The position numbers were made by a program, and so were the translations under genes. Below the pieces are notes generated by a model. That model had not been told where the DNA came from. It did no database searches and was given only the letters and a program-made list of their open reading frames with translations. Shown piece by piece: positions 36,380 through 38,803 of a DNA stretch of 38,803 nucleotides (positions are counted from its first letter, which is position 1; each line of letters starts with the position of its first letter). Location: positions 1-38,803 of IMG/VR virus record IMGVR_UViG_3300010244_000062; one strand, given 5' to 3'. This DNA comes from a virus (taxonomy: Duplodnaviria > Caudoviricetes).

Positions 36380-36504
36380 TGTAGATGTAGTGAGCAGATA
36401 TTTTTATTAGGTTATTGAGCGCATTTTTCCTCCTTTTATGTAGTGCGTAATCTGAAATCAAATATGTAAATGAAAAAAGCAGATCATTCAGGGATCTGCT
36501 TTTT
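36380..36504 (+). ncRNA. Putative small RNA of about 125 nt with an anti-SD loop
   Basis: Promoter plus terminator (AAAAAGCAGATC/GATCTGCTTTTT, 36474-36504); no credible ORF; UUUUUCCUCCUUUU between GCGCA and UGCGU. Confidence 0.55.
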
Positions 36505-36516
36505 CTGTGTCCTTAA

Positions 36517-36813
36517 TTACATGAAGCCATGTTCCTGGAAATATTTCTTTAGGATTTCATTCACCATTTCTGATTTGATGCCTTTTGATTTGTTTTCTGC
36601 CACTCGGTCAATGGCATCTGACACTTTATTTTCCAAATAAAATCCACGTTGTGTATGCGTCTGGTCTTTTGTTTTTTTATCTTTAATAATACTTTCAACA
36701 GGATCATTTTCATTATTATTATTGTTAATGTTTTGTTCTTCTGAAGATGCTATTTCATCTCCTGCCACACTGTTAAAACCAGCAATGGTTCTTTCCTTTT
36801 GTTTTCTAGCCAT
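36517..36813 (-). CDS. Small partition partner of ParA (type Ib centromere-binding, RHH-like)
   Basis: Overlaps the parA end; flexible N-terminus; C-terminal TQRGFYL strand-helix-helix (KSEMVNEILKKYF). Confidence 0.7.
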   Translation of the reverse strand: MARKQKERTIAGFNSVAGDEIASSEEQNINNNNNENDPVESIIKDKKTKDQTHTQRGFYLENKVSDAIDRVAENKSKGIKSEMVNEILKKYFQEHGFM

Positions 36814-37582
36814 CAAATATTTCCCCTTTCAAATCATAATAAGATTTCACCAAACTATTTTTCTTATCACTTAATGTTGCTGGCATACCATCATAAGCTA
36901 TTGCTGAAGCAAAGCGAATGCTTTTAGGTATCACCGTATCAAACATTCTAATATTATTTTCCAGGCAAAACCGTCTGCATTCCTGTAATATCTGTGAATG
37001 TAAAACGGTTCTTGTGTCTACTAATGTACCAATAACCCCTAAAACTTTCAAATCAGGATTATGTTTTTCCTGGAATTGTTCGATGGATCTTAAAATTTTC
37101 ACCAGGGATCGCATGGAATAACTTTCTGGCTGGAATGGAATAAGAACTTCGTCAGCAAAACATAGGACGTTGCCATGTGTTAAACCCAAGTTGGGTGGTG
37201 TATCAATTAGGATATAGTCATAATGCTTTTCTATGCCCCTCAATTTACTTCTCATTAGGTGGAATGGATTCTTGAATTGCTTCAGATTGGTTAATACATC
37301 AAATTCCAGAAATTCCATATCATCATTGGAAGGCAAAATATGAATATTTGGTGCTGCTTCATGTATTACATATTCATATGCCAAATCATCCACCAGCACA
37401 TCATAAAAACTATATTGAAATTCATCTGGATTCATGCCAAAACTCAAAGCCACATCACCCTGATTGTCTGCATCAATAATCAGCACCTTGTTATTTTCCG
37501 ACAGCGCACCACTTATATTCACAGATAGCGAACTCTTCAATACACCGCCTTTATTTGTTGAAACTGCAATTTTCCTGGCCAA
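36806..37582 (-). CDS. parA: ParA/Soj Walker-type partition ATPase
   Basis: KGGVLKSS, IDADNQG and DYILIDTPP motifs. Confidence 0.93.
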   Translation of the reverse strand: MARKIAVSTNKGGVLKSSLSVNISGALSENNKVLIIDADNQGDVALSFGMNPDEFQYSFYDVLVDDLAYEYVIHEAAPNIHILPSNDDMEFLEFDVLTNLKQFKNPFHLMRSKLRGIEKHYDYILIDTPPNLGLTHGNVLCFADEVLIPFQPESYSMRSLVKILRSIEQFQEKHNPDLKVLGVIGTLVDTRTVLHSQILQECRRFCLENNIRMFDTVIPKSIRFASAIAYDGMPATLSDKKNSLVKSYYDLKGEIFDG

Positions 37583-37591
37583 ATTATCCCT

Positions 37592-37804
37592 TCACCCTTT
37601 CGCATTCAATTGTATGACCTTATTTTGATTAATAATAATTGTATTTCCTTCAATATCATCATTTACAGCTTCTTTTGCCACTGGCTCACCATAAACACCA
37701 GCGTTGTGCAAATTCGTTGTATACCCCATCTGATTTGGTCGCCAATACGTCATGATTCCAGTTTGTACAGACCGCTCCAAGTCCAATAAATAACAAAATA
37801 TCAT
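37592..37804 (-). CDS. Hypothetical phage protein
   Basis: YWRPNQMGYT....AGVY; RBS AAGGGG. Confidence 0.65.
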   Translation of the reverse strand: MIFCYLLDLERSVQTGIMTYWRPNQMGYTTNLHNAGVYGEPVAKEAVNDDIEGNTIIINQNKVIQLNAKG

Positions 37805-37827
37805 TTGATTACCCCTTTTATTTTTAT

Positions 37828-37980
37828 TTAAAAGCCACGAAAAAATGTCTTTGCTTCATCTTCGGTGTATTGGTCAAAAATATAGAAAAGATGTGCTTCA
37901 ACCTCACTGATTTTCGTTTCATTGTATCCAAGTTCCTGCAATGTTTTTATCACATATCCAACCGCTGTTTGATTATCCAT
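37828..37980 (-). CDS. Hypothetical 50-aa protein
   Basis: MDNQTAVGYVIKTLQELGY...; RBS GAGG. Confidence 0.65.
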   Translation of the reverse strand: MDNQTAVGYVIKTLQELGYNETKISEVEAHLFYIFDQYTEDEAKTFFRGF

Positions 37981-37996
37981 TTTTTAACCTCACTTT

Positions 37997-38170
37997 TTAT
38001 AAGAATAATAGAGCGAATATGAAACCACCTATCACAATAGCTGACAATCCTTTTAATAAATTCTTTATCCCACCTGTCGCATCCAAAACTTTGACCACAA
38101 AAACAAGTATCATGTAGATGATAATCATGATTCCGACAAATCCAATGATGCCAGCAATCAAAGTGTTCAT
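37997..38170 (-). CDS. 57-aa two-TM membrane protein
   Basis: TAATG overlap with the repA stop; two hydrophobic helices. Confidence 0.6.
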   Translation of the reverse strand: MNTLIAGIIGFVGIMIIIYMILVFVVKVLDATGGIKNLLKGLSAIVIGGFIFALLFL

Positions 38171-38803
38171 TATCTCACCCCCTTGGAAATGACATATTCT
38201 GCTTGTTCCTGTCTTATTTCTGCAATCATCTTTTGCATAAAATCAGGATCATTCGCCATAGAATCATGTTCTTTTTCCATAGATGCAGCTTCATCAGTTT
38301 CTTGTTTCACCATATTTCTTTCTTTAAACCAATCGGGAATGACTTCATTTGATTCTTTACCCTTCAAATCTTCATATTCTGCATCCTGTGACTGTTTAAA
38401 ATAGTTTTGAATACTTTTATCCATGACCTTTTTAAAACTTCTTATTTTGCCCTCTGTGTTTTCCAGAACATTGCTTAATACATAAGCAAATGCTGAAGCA
38501 TTCATTTTTTCTTTGCTTGCATTATACATTAATTCAATATCAGATGAATGAATTGAATGTTCCATCAATCTATCTTTGTTTAGAATCAATTGTTTTTGTA
38601 CTTCCATTGGAACATCCATTTTTTGTATATCTCTTTCATTGATTGATAGATTACTCATATTAGTATTACTTAAATCAGTATTACTAGAATTAGTATTACT
38701 ATTGATGGACATTTTTGTCTGTTCCGGACTAGACATTTTTGTCCTTGCCGGCATGGACTTTTTTGTCTTTGTCGGACTAGACATTTTTGTCCTTGCCTTA
38801 TCA
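38170..38803 (-). CDS. repA: RepA_N initiator, C-terminal part
   Basis: In-frame continuation of 486..1; iterons translate as RTKMSS and SNT repeats. Confidence 0.85.
   Translation of the reverse strand, partial: DKARTKMSSPTKTKKSMPARTKMSSPEQTKMSINSNTNSSNTDLSNTNMSNLSINERDIQKMDVPMEVQKQLILNKDRLMEHSIHSSDIELMYNASKEKMNASAFAYVLSNVLENTEGKIRSFKKVMDKSIQNYFKQSQDAEYEDLKGKESNEVIPDWFKERNMVKQETDEAASMEKEHDSMANDPDFMQKMIAEIRQEQAEYVISKGVR

Noticed and set aside
1467-36431. CGCATTTTT(T)CC motif shared by intergenic regions at about 1467, 22873 and 36420
   Set aside because: Short and low complexity, T-run length varies, and a similar string occurs inside the tape measure gene
33557-36516. Arbitrium (AimR/AimP) system
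   Set aside because: No TPR-containing receptor of about 380 aa and no secreted pro-peptide gene is visible
445-38404. Numerous plus-strand ORFs in the ORF track
   Set aside because: They are antisense shadows of well-supported minus-strand genes; only hicA, hicB and the repressor are credible on plus
38677-38803. Physical terminal repeat of the virion DNA
   Set aside because: The length of 127 bp and its position inside repA point to an assembly overlap; the terminase is of the headful type

Overview
This window is a complete circular element of 38,676 bp. Bases 1-127 repeat exactly at 38677-38803, which looks like an assembler overlap. It is a temperate SPP1-like siphovirus of a Bacillaceae host (host assignment is inference) with no recognisable integrase, and it appears to be maintained as a plasmid prophage (phage-plasmid). 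Plasmid functions: a RepA_N initiator spanning the junction with internal iterons and a probable antisense RNA, ParA plus a small RHH-type partner, MazEF and HicAB toxin-antitoxin pairs, and a dif-like Xer site. Phage functions: a Cro/repressor switch, a LexA-box gene, YqaJ/RecT, a replisome organizer plus DnaC-like loader, SSB, dUTPase, RecU, ArpU, headful-type packaging, and head, tail and lysis modules. Accessory cargo: an intracellular-type subtilisin inside the lysis cassette, a poly-gamma-glutamate hydrolase in the tail operon, Tad2, an RsfA-like regulator, an NDT-like enzyme, a secreted SGNH hydrolase and two lipoprotein morons. The most unusual signals are non-coding: (1) about 15 in-register arrays of a self-complementary RWTAWY hexamer spread around the circle, a candidate distributed centromere; (2) two predicted small RNAs with exposed anti-Shine-Dalgarno loops, one with a perfect 14-nt complement to the RBS of the element's own lipoprotein gene; (3) a repressor-type operator next to the dif site. 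All family calls come from motif recognition, not database searches.
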